This document shows positions 12,837 through 24,070 of a DNA stretch of 64,000 nucleotides, in pieces. Both the position numbers and the translations under genes were made by a program. Location: NCBI RefSeq assembly GCF_006345805.1, contig NC_043001.1, positions 66,836,001 through 66,900,000 of the forward strand. Reading direction: 5' to 3'. Each line of letters begins with the position of its first letter. The first letter of the stretch is position 1. Source of the stretch: Octopus sinensis (Eukaryota). The notes below the pieces were generated by a model. That model had not been told where the DNA came from. It made no database searches and saw nothing but the letters and a program-made list of their open reading frames with translations.

Positions 12837-12838
<2 letters not shown>
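11612..12838 (+). mobile_element. Near full-length Tc1-like DNA transposon with DD36E spacing (Incomer-like), transposase pseudogenised
   Basis: 28-bp TIRs caggggtttgacaaaataatggaaacac (11612-11639) and reverse complement (12811-12838), 27/28 identical. ORF from 11793 reads MTDLSDFQRGQIVGVRMAGASITKT...; triad regions FSDVSS, FQDVNAPIH and SPDLNIIEHLW with 36 codons between 12519 and 12630. Internal stops and a C-terminal deletion; flanking TA dinucleotides are not intact. Confidence 0.93.
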
Positions 12839-12885
<47 letters not shown>

Positions 12886-13482
12886 TAGTCCATTTTTCAA
12901 GCTAACATGCATTGACAGAGTACATATTTTTAACACATTGTTTTTACAGCCAGGTGTCCTTCCTACTGCTAACATTTATGAGTTTGTCTAGTAAGTGCAA
13001 AGCTAGAGGATGAATTGTTGGTAGGGAATGTCAAAATAATGTTTCTGCTTTGTTTCAAATGCAGAATGTAAATACGCATATACATACATTTTTTGCTTCT
13101 CAATTCTTCTCACAGAATATTGGTTGATCTGATTCCCCCATAGAAGACACATAAGCGCCACATAGTGAGATTGAACTTAAAACCACATAGTTAAGAAATA
13201 AGCCCTGTATCTATAAAGCCATGCCTGCACTTCATGCCTCTCCTCGCCCCCTATCCCACACACTCCTGCTAACATCTAGTTTTGACCCCACTTCTACTCA
13301 CTTTGTACTTTGAAGGTTCATCCAGACACTTCCTCACTACTATTTTTATCTCTTCCTAGCTCCATCCAGCTCCATTCTCTTCTGCTCTGGCTCCTTCACT
13401 CATATCTTAACCACTCATCTTCTAGCATAAAGCCACTTTTCTCTGGGTTCAGAGCCTTGCAAGTTGCATCACAATTCTACTA

Positions 13483-13654
13483 ATGCTGGTGGCACAAAAA
13501 AGCACCCAGAACATGCTGTAAAGTGGTTGACATTAGGAAGGGCATCCAGCAATAAAAGTCATGCTAAAGTAGACACAGGGGCATAATGCAGCCCTTGGAC
13601 CCATTGTATCTTGTCAAATTGTTCAACATGGAACATAGATGTTTAATCATGATG
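13483..13654 (+). mobile_element. Diverged RTE-type 3' tail fragment
   Basis: gtggttgacattaggaagggcatccagc motif and degenerate gat tail. Confidence 0.65.
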
Positions 13655-14263
13655 TATGTATGTATGAAAGAAGTAATGGAATGACAATTCTTGTTATGCT
13701 CTGTACTCTCCTAATGCTTTATTCCAATACATATGTATATTGAGTTCTAACAACAAGGAGGTATCACCATGTCTAGGAAAATCATATATAAATATTCTCA
13801 CTGGGCTTTTGAACAGTTTCTGTCTGCCAAATTCTAGTCATGATATATTATTCAACTCATGACTTTAAAACATTTACCATAGGTACCACACAGCAGAATT
13901 TAACCAGAGTCTTTGTTGTGAAGATTTAGGTATTGTATTGTTATTCAATTTATTGTTGTTGGTGAGGTCAGGTCATTCCTGATCATGTAAGACCTGTTAT
14001 CTAAAGCATCCTACCTATGACCATCCATCTTTTATTTATTCAAATGGAATGTCTAAGACTACATTATTTTGTCTTCCCCCTTCCCACATTTTTTCAAAGA
14101 TGATAAAGTGTGAGAAATTAAGGAAGATATGGCTGCTATTTCTAGCAGGTCAAATAGCTATTTAATAAAACGTCCCTTATTAACTGGTTCAAACTTGTCC
14201 AAGTTGTCATATGATGTTCTGTGGCTTATTTATTGTATTAAGTTGCCAGTAGTTTAGAAAGAC

Positions 14264-14487
14264 TTAACCATTTTGTTATTGTATTTCTACTGAAAATACT
14301 CTAATTTTGGTTTCAATTTTGAAAACAAGGAAGTTAGTAAAATAACTTTGTTGTTATTACTCTGGTATTTAGAACTTAAATTAATATGGTATTTTGTTAG
14401 AAAGTTTTAATTTAGATCTCTTTAAAACAAAATGTTTGTATCATAGAACCAAGAGCAGTCTCAGGTGGATTAATATCAAAAGGATAC
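14264..14487 (+). mobile_element. TTAA-bounded MITE (piggyBac-type non-autonomous), diverged
   Basis: Colinear with 18867-19456 once the nested SINE there is removed; starts ttaaccattttgtta and ends atcaaaaggat. Confidence 0.55.
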
Positions 14488-15414
14488 AACCAATATTTAT
14501 ACATATTTAGCTTCTTCTATACCCTGATCACATTCTGTCATCTATATGTTTACATAACATGAACTCACATTTAAACCTTTCTCACAAACAGTGGTTTATG
14601 TTATTTTTTACAATGGTGCCTTATCATATTCAAGACATCCCTTTGTCAGACTTGTAAGTGCATCAGACAAAATTATTTTGGCTGGCTCCTTAGATTCTGA
14701 TTTCTAATCCTACTGAGGTCACTTTTGCCTTTCATTCTTTTGGGGTTCCAGCCCACTGTCATAGAGTAGTGGAACCAATAAGGGATCCGATAGGGTGCCT
14801 TGTTGTAGTCATTGTACTCTTTGTGTTCTAAATGCAAATCTCGTCATCTGGTATAACACCATTATCTGGCCCTTGGGTCGCTTTAGTGAATGGATCAGTT
14901 CTGTTGCAAGTATTCAGGCCTAATCTCCAGTTTGAGGATACCTTTATTTCTTCCTCTCACCATTCTCAGAGGCCCCTAGAAAGGGCCAGGGTCACTGCCC
15001 TTCTTCCTAAGGGTTATATGGTTCTTTTATTGTCTCTCATTAAGCATCAACTGTATCCTTGTTACCAACCTCAGAGATCCTGTCAAGGTTTTGGTCATTG
15101 ACATTCTATTAGCCAAATAGATTTTGAAAGTTTGAGTTTATTTTATATTTATTGCAGGAGTCTTCTCTCCAGTATATGCAAAAACGCACATACAATCTCC
15201 CAAAATTATTATTTGAGGCAATAACAGTGTTACCATTAGGACAGATACCCTGTTTTAAAAGACTACCTGAAAATGTTTTGTGCAACCCATGCCAGCGTAG
15301 TCAGTGAGATGTAAAAAGGGTGAGGCGGATGATTAAGATGGTGATGTTGGTGACATAGGGTTATTGGATGTAGGGACATGAATTTTGAACTGGAAATGTT
15401 GTAGTTGTCATTGT

Positions 15415-15647
15415 GCCACTGTATCCATCCTAGCCAGGCTCCTGGGCCTGGTTTCCCGGTTTCTATGGCGTATGTGTTCCCCAGCTGGACGGGACGCCAG
15501 TCCATCGCAGCGTTACTCGTTTTTTTCAAGCTGAGTGGACTGGAGCAACGTGAAATGAAGTACAATGCGTCACCCAGTCCAGGAATCGAAACCACAATCT
15601 AACGATCATGATGCTGACACCCTAACCACTAAGCCACGCATCTCCAC
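15415..15647 (-). mobile_element. tRNA-derived SINE with family C head and V-domain-like body
   Basis: Minus strand: gcgtggcttagtggttaggg...ggtttcgattcc...gctccagtccactcagc, then gcgatggactggcgtcccgtccag, which I recognise from memory as a V-SINE-like motif. Confidence 0.75.
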
Positions 15648-16373
15648 ATATCCATCCTAGCTTGGAGTGAAGTGGAAGTGGAAAGTAACTACAGAAATGA
15701 TATCCATGATGGTTGTTCTTGTCATGACTGTTTATCCTGTTGGAAATATTGGAAATAGCCCTAATGCCATAATTCACAGACATTTCATACAGTATCATTA
15801 CAGCGCCCTCTCTGGTATACATTAACTACAATAGTTGTTATGGTGTAATGTGGTTTATTGCTTTTATTAGAATTCTAGATTTTCCCACCTTAAAACTCAT
15901 CTGTAATTTAAGAACATTAAATCTATTTTTAAAGAATCAAACATTCATAGTTAATAGTTACCATAAATATTTAATTAGTAAAACTAGTTAGTAACACCAA
16001 TCTGAAAGTAGTTAACCTGAAAATATGATAATTTTGGTGTTTCTTTTGCATTTCATTTAATGAACTGAATTCAGGCACACATTTTCTCTCTCCAGGTTCA
16101 TTTCTCAGATGCAGCTGCTTCACTTCATTTATATCACTACTGTACTTGAGAAAGGCTTGAATATCACCAATTCGCATTATTTTAAGTTTTGTTTATTTCT
16201 AGTTATGTTAGAAAACCTCACTTCATTCATTGCCAATATCAAGATTGTCCTTATATTCATTTCTACTCCATTTGTGTCACTATTTGCACCATTGTTATCA
16301 ACAGCATTATGGATGGCATCATTATCCGCTGCCTCATTATTATCATCATCGTTGTTGCTGTTACTGCAGCAGC

Positions 16374-16600
16374 AGTAATGAGCTGGCAGAATCTTTAGAG
16401 CAACAGAAAAAAATGCTTTGTAGAATTTGTTTCAGCTCTTTACATTCTGAGTTGAAACTCTGCTGAGGTCAACTTTGTCTTTCATCCTTGCAGTGGTTGA
16501 TAGAATAAAGTACCCCTCAAATATTGAAGTTGATGGTGTCAAATGATAATCCCCTCTCCTGAAAATTACTGATCTTGTACTTAAATCATTATTATTATTA
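16374..16600 (+). mobile_element. Family A SINE
   Basis: gagctggcagaatc head, gaggtcaactttgtctttcatcc core, (ATT)n tail abutting the R4/Dong 3' end. Confidence 0.8.
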
Positions 16601-17774
16601 TTGTTGTTGTTTGTTGCCTTTGCAAAGCTTCTAATGCTGGAGATGTACTAGTGTCAGCTCTTCACTACCAGTGAACTAAGGTAACACTTCTTATTTTGCG
16701 GGCATCTTCCGGAGTATTCGAGCGGTTCCAAGCAGTGCTGTTTTCTGCAAGTGCTCCACCTTTATTGCAGCCCCCATTTGTTCCACATGCTTCGTGAGAT
16801 TTTAACTCACTGTCCCCAGGGCTCCGACAATTATTGGTACTACTGTTACCTTTTTCATCGACCACAACTGCTTAACTTCCCAAACTAACCTGTCATATCT
16901 CTCGACTTTTCTTTCTTCCTTATCACATACCTTATTCTCAGCTGGGCATGCTATATCTATGAACCAGCATAGTTAGTTTTCTTTCTCAATTAAGACTATG
17001 TCCGGCTTCCTGTTCTCAATCTCATGGTCACACTGAATCATAAAATCCCATAGGATCTTTGCATTTCTATTTTTGACAATGCCTTCAGGTTTGTGGTCAT
17101 ACCAATTTTTTTCTCTGTCAAATCCATACTTGTTGTAATGTGTCCAATGGACAAGCTTGGTTTTATCGTCGTAGCGTCTCTTATAATCCTTTTGGGCTAG
17201 TGGTGTACATTGGTTGGTAATATGCCATATGGTTTCATCATTTTGTCCACAGATTCCGCACTTATCACTTTCTGATGTGTTATCTATTCTGTATTTTATG
17301 TAGTTTGTTATTAGTGCTTGCTTTTGGGCAGCACAGATTAGAGCCTCCATTTCCAGTCTTAAATCACTTTTAGTCATCCACAGCCATCTTTTTTATCTAT
17401 ATGTCTTATCTTCAACATCCCTATGAAATTGACTATGCATTCTTTTCTTTACCAACCTATTTTCAGTTTCATTTGTTTTCAATTTCTTGTATAGTGCTTT
17501 ATCTTCGCAGTCTTTCATCCTACACAAGCCTGACCTTCCTACTTCTAATAACAGTGGTTCTGTGGCATTTTTTACATACCATGCTGTGTTGTTTTCTTCT
17601 GCTCTAATGCTGTGTTCGCATCCAATAAGTCCTCTTCCCCCTCTTTTTCTTGGTACATACAGTCTGTCTGTGTCACTTTTTCGGTGAAGTGACCCATATC
17701 TAGTTAGCAACTTCCTTGTCTTTCTGTCTAAGCTGTTTAGTTCATCTACTGTCCATGCCACTGCATGGACAGTA
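16600..17774 (-). mobile_element. 5'-truncated R4/Dong-clade non-LTR retrotransposon (restriction-like endonuclease type)
   Basis: Minus strand gives WTVDELNSLDRKTRKLLT, RLYVPRKRGGRGL, EALICAAQKQAL, a CCHC-like knuckle (CGICGQNDETIWHITNQC), a decayed RHD motif (RRYD), ILWDF and RKPDIVL. Both ends sit in TAA/ATT-type microsatellite. Confidence 0.88.
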
Positions 17775-17837
17775 TAATAATAATAATTATTATTATTGTT
17801 TTTATTATTGTTTTTTATTATTATTGTTTTTATTATT

Positions 17838-17945
17838 ATTATCATCATCGTTTAACGTCCGCTTTCTCTTGTGTGCCACCGGCACTGGTACCACAACTAC
17901 AAATTCTATTGATGTTGATTGATTTCGATTTTGATTTGATTTTTT
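17838..17945 (-). mobile_element. Internally deleted RTE 3'-UTR remnant
   Basis: Joins the aaagcggacgttaaacgatgatg terminus directly to the ggtaccagtgccggtggcacacaag segment that lies several hundred bp upstream in the 6450 copy. Confidence 0.7.
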
Positions 17946-18014
17946 GTCATGATTATTATTATTATTATCATTATTATTATTATCATTATTATTATGATTA
18001 TTATTATTAAGTAA

Positions 18015-18230
18015 GTCAGTGAGCTGGCAGAATCGTTAGCACACCAGGCAAAATGCTTAGTGGCATTTCGTCTGTCTTTACGTTCTTAGTTCAAATTCCG
18101 CTGAGGTCAGCTTTGCTTTTTATCCTTTCAGGGTCAATAAATTAAGTACCTGTCAAGTGCTGGTGTCGATGTGATCACTTACCCCCTCCTACCAAATTTC
18201 AGGCCATGTGCCTATTGTAGAAAAGATTAT
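18015..18230 (+). mobile_element. Family A SINE, well preserved
   Basis: gtgagctggcagaatcgttagc head, B-box agttcaaattcc, core, then (ATC/ATT)n tail. Confidence 0.88.
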
Positions 18231-18253
18231 CATCATCATCACCATTATCATCA

Positions 18254-18288
<35 letters not shown>

Positions 18289-18866
18289 GGATCTTTCATG
18301 GTGATTAAGTTATTGTCAAATCAAGTCTACAACATGATACTATCTTGCAGCAACTTTTATTTATTGTTACATCAAATGCTCTATGACATGACTTGCAAGA
18401 AATAGAAGTAAAATGTTATCGTGTATCTTTAATTATGGATTTCCTTAATCAGAATGGACTTCAGGCTAAATAACACCTACAGCGTATATTGTATTTGTCT
18501 GTTGCTCTTTTCTCATAATGACCCAAAGAGGGAGTTTCTATTTGGTTCTTCAATGTACTAGAAATAGCAGTCAAATCTCCTTCAAATCATATCTTACTGT
18601 CTTTGTATAGGAAGGACACATTGGATAATGAAGTCACTGCTGAGCAAAAAACAAGAATAATCATAGTTGGAAGATTTTTGCTTATTAACCTGTTCAGTTA
18701 GGATTGACCATGGGACTAAGCAACAACACCAACTCCTTTTATATAATATGGTTACTAGCTCAACAACCCCTTTTTCCATAATACAGTCACCCTGTAATTC
18801 ATGCATATTTAAGAAAATGTGAAAGTCACTGATGCTAACTATTTTTTCAACATCACTTTGAAGATT

Positions 18867-19456
18867 AATGTTTTTGTTACCATATTTCTGTTGAAATATA
18901 GTGTTTGTTACATTTAATTTTGAAAATAATAAAGTATTTATTAAAATAACTTGTCATTAGGTACACGTGTGACTGTGTGCTAAGAAGCTTGCTTCTCAAC
19001 TACATGGTTCAGGGTTCAGTTGCACTGCATGGCACCTTGGTCAGGTGTCTTCTACTATAACCTCAGGCTGACCAAAGCTTTACAAGTGGATTTTGCTAGA
19101 CAGAAACTGAAAGAAGCCCGTCATATATATCATATGTGTGTTGTCTGTGTTTGTTTCCCACTGCCATCACTTAACAACTGGTGCTGGTCTGTTTACATCC
19201 CAATAACTTAGTAGTTTGGCAAAAGAAACTGATAGAATAACTACTGGGATTGATACATTTGATTAAAACTCCTTCAAGGCGATGCCACAGTCTTAATGAC
19301 TGAAACACATAAAAGATAAGAAATTATTTAATTAGTGTTTGGCATATAAATTAGTATGAAATTTTCATGGTAGGTTTTAAGATTATTTTAAAACATAGAG
19401 TTTTGTATCACAGAAAAAGGGGCAGTTTCATGTGGATTGGACTTGAAAGGGTTTAA
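18867..19456 (+). mobile_element. TTAA-bounded MITE containing a nested family B SINE
   Basis: Starts ttaatgtttttgttacc, ends gaaagggtttaa; flanks are colinear with 14264-14487. Confidence 0.6.
18962..19318 (+). mobile_element. Family B CORE-type SINE (nested)
   Basis: Complete head, core and tail as at 5149. Confidence 0.85.
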
Positions 19457-19910
19457 CTAGAAATTTGACAATACATTTATGAAAAATCACCCCCTCATGA
19501 ACGACTTCCCTCATTGCCTGTTACTTTCAATATGTTTATCCCTAGCTTTGGGCCACAAAACAGCTAACAAAGAATGTTTTCTAATCTTTTATTTTTTTAT
19601 TTCCATGTGTCTTAAAGAATCTCCCACAATCTCTATCAACAGCATAACATCAGTTCCACTATAATTCTATAAACAAACCTTTTAAACTTAGGGTTTTAAA
19701 TTAATGCTAACATTATTCATCACCATTGGATAAAATCAATGTGTGTGTGTGGGGGGGGGGGGGTTGAGAAAGCTTCTGTATATATACATATATATACATG
19801 CACACACATAATTAATAATATCAGGGTAATAAAAATTTTAGAAATTTGCTAAAAAAAAGTCTGAAACCATGGTCCAGGAAATAGATGGTAAACCTATTTC
19901 ATTGTAATAT

Positions 19911-20015
19911 ATCATCATCATCATCGTTTAACGTCCGCTTTCCATGCTAGCATGGGTTGGACGGTTCAACTCACGCTAGCATGGAAAGCGGATGTTAAAC
20001 GATGATGATGATGAT
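19911..20015. repeat. Fold-back made of two opposed RTE 3' termini
   Basis: 41-bp arms 19911-19951 and 19975-20015, 40/41 complementary, 23-nt spacer. Confidence 0.92.
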
Positions 20016-20035
20016 GATGGTTATATATATATGTA

Positions 20036-20070
<35 letters not shown>

Positions 20071-21500
20071 ATGCATGCATGAATGAGTACTAAACATGCA
20101 ATTTGTAATTTAATTAAATCCAAATCATCAGATGCTATATCAAATTGTCAAAAGATTTTTCAAAGAACTACATTTTTAATTAGTCATCTGATATTTCTAT
20201 GTAATGCATTTTAGGTACAGTGACCTGAAAGGTCAACCAGATGTCATCAGTGGCTTCTTCAAAGAGATGTCTTGTGTAATTTTTAAAGATTAAAAAAATA
20301 ATAGGTTTAGGAATGGGCTGACCCCTAATTTTAATAGACCAATTGAAGTAATCATTTATTTGGAACAATTAATTACTGCAGTTTGTAACCAATGGCTACT
20401 GATTACAAACTACAACATGCACTACATTAAATGAATAATGGAACCTTTCAGTGATCTCTACCTACCAGACATAGTAGCCAAATATTTCTCAAATTATATT
20501 TGTCTGAGAAAAAAAGGACATTGTATAATGTGCTCCAGATACTCCTAATGGTCTTGGTTTCCTTGCTTTTGATAATAAACTTGTTGAATCAGAGCTGACA
20601 AAGGGCTAAACAAAATGAGGTAGGTTCACACAAAAATAGTGTTTTTAGTTCAAACCTTGGCAAAAGGCCTCACGTTTATAGTTGGGGAGAGGAACTTATA
20701 GTCAGTTATGTGGACCTTACTATGTGTCTGGTTCTTCATTTTATTGAGCTTGGAAGACTGAAAGATAATGTTGCCTTCCATGTGCACTGAACTCAATGTA
20801 TAATCAATGAAGTGTATTAACTTCTTATGTGTTTTATTGCTTAACCACAAGAGAAATGATAGCAACAGTGTCCCTTTTTAGGGTCTTCAAGAATGGTGAG
20901 AGGAAGGGGGCAGTTTACTTTCAAACAAGACACCTATCCTGAATGCTTATAACAGAGTAACCACCTGTAAATATGCCCCCACCCCACCCCACCATATTAA
21001 ATCACTCTGTCCATTACATTTAGGCCACTGAAATAGAACCAGCAGACTGAGTAGGGAAATACCTTACGATACTTCATTTCATCTCTATGTTTTAAGCTTA
21101 AATCCTACTGTGGTTTACTTACTTCAGGGTCAATAAAATAAGTAACTGAGGGGTCATTCTAATCAACTATCTTACCCTCCTAAATTGTAGCCTTGTTAGA
21201 TAATCATTATTGTTGTTATTTGGTAACAACTTGATATCAAGTTGTTGGATCAGGTAATGAAGGTTACGGAGAGGGTCATAACCCAACTAATTAATTAGGG
21301 AGAGAGTCAGTTTAGAAGAGATGCAGTTTGGGATCAACTTTGCTTTTCATCCTTTTGGGGTTGATGAAATAAGTACCAGTTGAGTGCTGGTGGTCAATGT
21401 AATTGACTGCCCTCCCTGCCCCCAAATTCCAGATTTTGTACCTATAACAAAAAGGATTATTATTATTATTGTTATTATTATTATTATTACATTAAGATAA

Positions 21501-21674
21501 AATCATTTCTTTTAACAACATTTGTAAGTTTTGTCAAATTCTTCCATGGAATAAAATAACAATTTAGTGCTAATCCTGATTAATTCCTATGACAAAACTT
21601 ATAAATGTTGTTAAAAGAAATGATTCAGTCAATGTAACTATTAACTTTGTAAGTTAATAGTTACATTGACTGAA
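21501..21674. repeat. Two abutting inverted repeats
   Basis: 36-bp arms 21501-21536 and 21590-21625 (1 mismatch), then a perfect 24-bp-arm hairpin 21624-21674 with a 3-nt loop. Confidence 0.9.
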
Positions 21675-23699
21675 ATGTATTGTGAGCAAAAGAAAAAGAT
21701 TAAAATTGTCTTTTAGAGGAAATAAAAAGTAAAGAAAGATAACTGGAAAGAAAAAGAACACAAAGTTGGTTTAGAGATGTAACATACTTAATTGGCAAAC
21801 AGGAAGAAGTAGAGTAAAGAAGTTGATTTTCAACAAAGAAAAGTGAGCCTTTTGGAAGGGAAATAAGCAGAACAAACATGGGAAGATGAAGTAGCTAAAG
21901 CGGTTTGTGTGGCAAAGTTTTAGGAAGATGATATTATAGAGAATTTTTTCATTGTTGTTTATTCAAAGTGAGTTGAGTAGTGCCTCTAGCTTTTTTATTA
22001 TTCAGGAAGGTTAGTGAGAGGGACTGTAGGGAGTAAGTTATCTACAAACTGGATATATAACTTGAATGTTGGCAAAAGTGAACTCTACTCATGGTACTGG
22101 AGAACCAAGTAGTGGTTGTGGAGTGTTGAATTGAGTGACAGATTAAGTCTACCCACTAAGAACTCAGAACACAAAGAATAAGTACAGGTATCTGGTCCTT
22201 CACTCTAATATTATTGCTGACCAACTGCCCAAGACTGGTCAGGACTAGTCAAGCAATTTTATTCTACTTTCTTAACTACAAAAGGATGAAAAGCAAAGTT
22301 GAATTTAGAGCTGGAAAGCTGGAACAAAAACACATTTAGTTTACGTTCTGCCAATTTTCTGCTTATTTGGTTGTCATAACTTTCATCTTTTAATTGTGGA
22401 ATATTTGTTCCAGTTCTGTTATTTCTCTTCAAAGAGATATGCTTAACGGGTTTAGTTTGGTGCCACACTTACCTACTTGAGGATATTCCTGTTTTCAAGT
22501 TAGAGCAGCTGTGTTTGTTAAGTCAGTCCTCAATAACAGCTGTTATAATAACACAGTTAAACCTTATTAGTACTACTTCTTATATTTTGGAAACTTAGTT
22601 CACAATTGTCATCTTCATCCTCTCTCTCTTTCTCTCTCTTTTAACTGATCTTCTAACAGAACACAACAGGGAACCCTATACTCCCTACCACACTACTCAT
22701 TCAGTCAAATTTTCCCCCAATGTGCAGTGTTTGCCATCAAAACTATTTAGTTGATTGGCTGGTTGGTGTGTAAAAGACATTTATTTGAATAACTTCAGAT
22801 GGTTTTCATTCTGTTTGAAACTTTCTGCCTGACTGGAATTGGTGCAACTTTTCTTAATTCTCTTATAAACTGAAATACAAAGAATAAAAAATGTCAAAGA
22901 ATTAAGATTTTCTTCATTTTTTAAGTAGAATGTGACTTGATGAGCATTTGGCTACTATTTCTTGAAGGTCAAGTGCCTATTTAGAGGCTTCCTTGTTGCA
23001 ATATGGTGTTGAGAGAGAAAGTTCTAAAGTCGTGTATAGAAAACTTTGGAGGTGGGGATGAAGTAACGTCAAGTAATGAACAAGAAGAAAAATGGATAGT
23101 GAAAATCATTAAAACTTGTTGATGGGAGAAGCTTGAGGGAGGAAGGGAAGACTTTGGTTTGGTTGAAAGATGAAGGGAGGACAAAGTTGTGTCTATGATT
23201 GTCTAACAACAGTTTCTTTGCTTTATGGATTTTTATTGATTACAATACACACGTCACATAAATATTCTCTTACTATACTACATGTGTGTGTGTTTATCAG
23301 TGTAAGTGTGTTTATGTACTTTTGTGGAGTAGAAAATATTTCAACATGAGGCCAGTTTTGTTTCATCATGGTGCATGTAGAATTCACAAATTTAAACAAA
23401 AGAAAGATAACTGAATTAGTCACAACTGACTTATTTGGTATTTAGTCCCAGTAACTAAAAGATTTCCTCTTTGGTGCCAAGATTCTCTGATGGAACATTA
23501 TGTCTTGTTGAAAATTTTTTTTAGTCAAAAGCCCCAGTCTTGTTATGATTGTTAGAGATAGATGGTAGAAGGGGTTAGAGTTTTCTCCCTTATATCAGAG
23601 ACTTCCGAATGAATGTAACCAAAGTTTGCCTCAATAAACAGTCTAGCTCATACAGGCATGGAAATGTGTACATTAAAATTTTATATATATATATATGCA

Positions 23700-24070
23700 C
23701 AGGCGTGGCTGTGCGGTAAGAAGCTTGCTTCTCAACCACATGGTTCTGGGTTCATCTCACTGTGTGACAGCTTGGGCAAGTGTCTTCTACTAAGCCTTGG
23801 GCCAACCAAAGCCTTGTGAGTAGATTTGTTAGATGGAAACTGAATGAAGCCCTTTGTGTGTGTGTATACATACATATATCATCATCATCATCATATATAT
23901 ATATATGGTGTTTGTCCCTGCTCCACTGCTTGACAACCAGTGTTGGTGTGTTTACACTTCAAGGCTTAAAAAAGACAAATTACTGGGGTTGATTCATTTG
24001 ACTAAAATTTCTTTAAGGTGGTGCCCCAAAATTGCTGAAGTCTAATGACTGAAACAAGTAAAAAGTAAAA
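23700..24070 (+). mobile_element. Family B CORE-type SINE
   Basis: ggcgtggctgtgcggtaagaagcttgcttc head, cttgggcaagtgtcttctact core, tail gaaacaagtaaaaa. Confidence 0.88.

Noticed and set aside
14755-15260. Higher-complexity segment following a truncated family A SINE core
   Set aside because: No recognisable motif in any frame; cannot be classified without a search.
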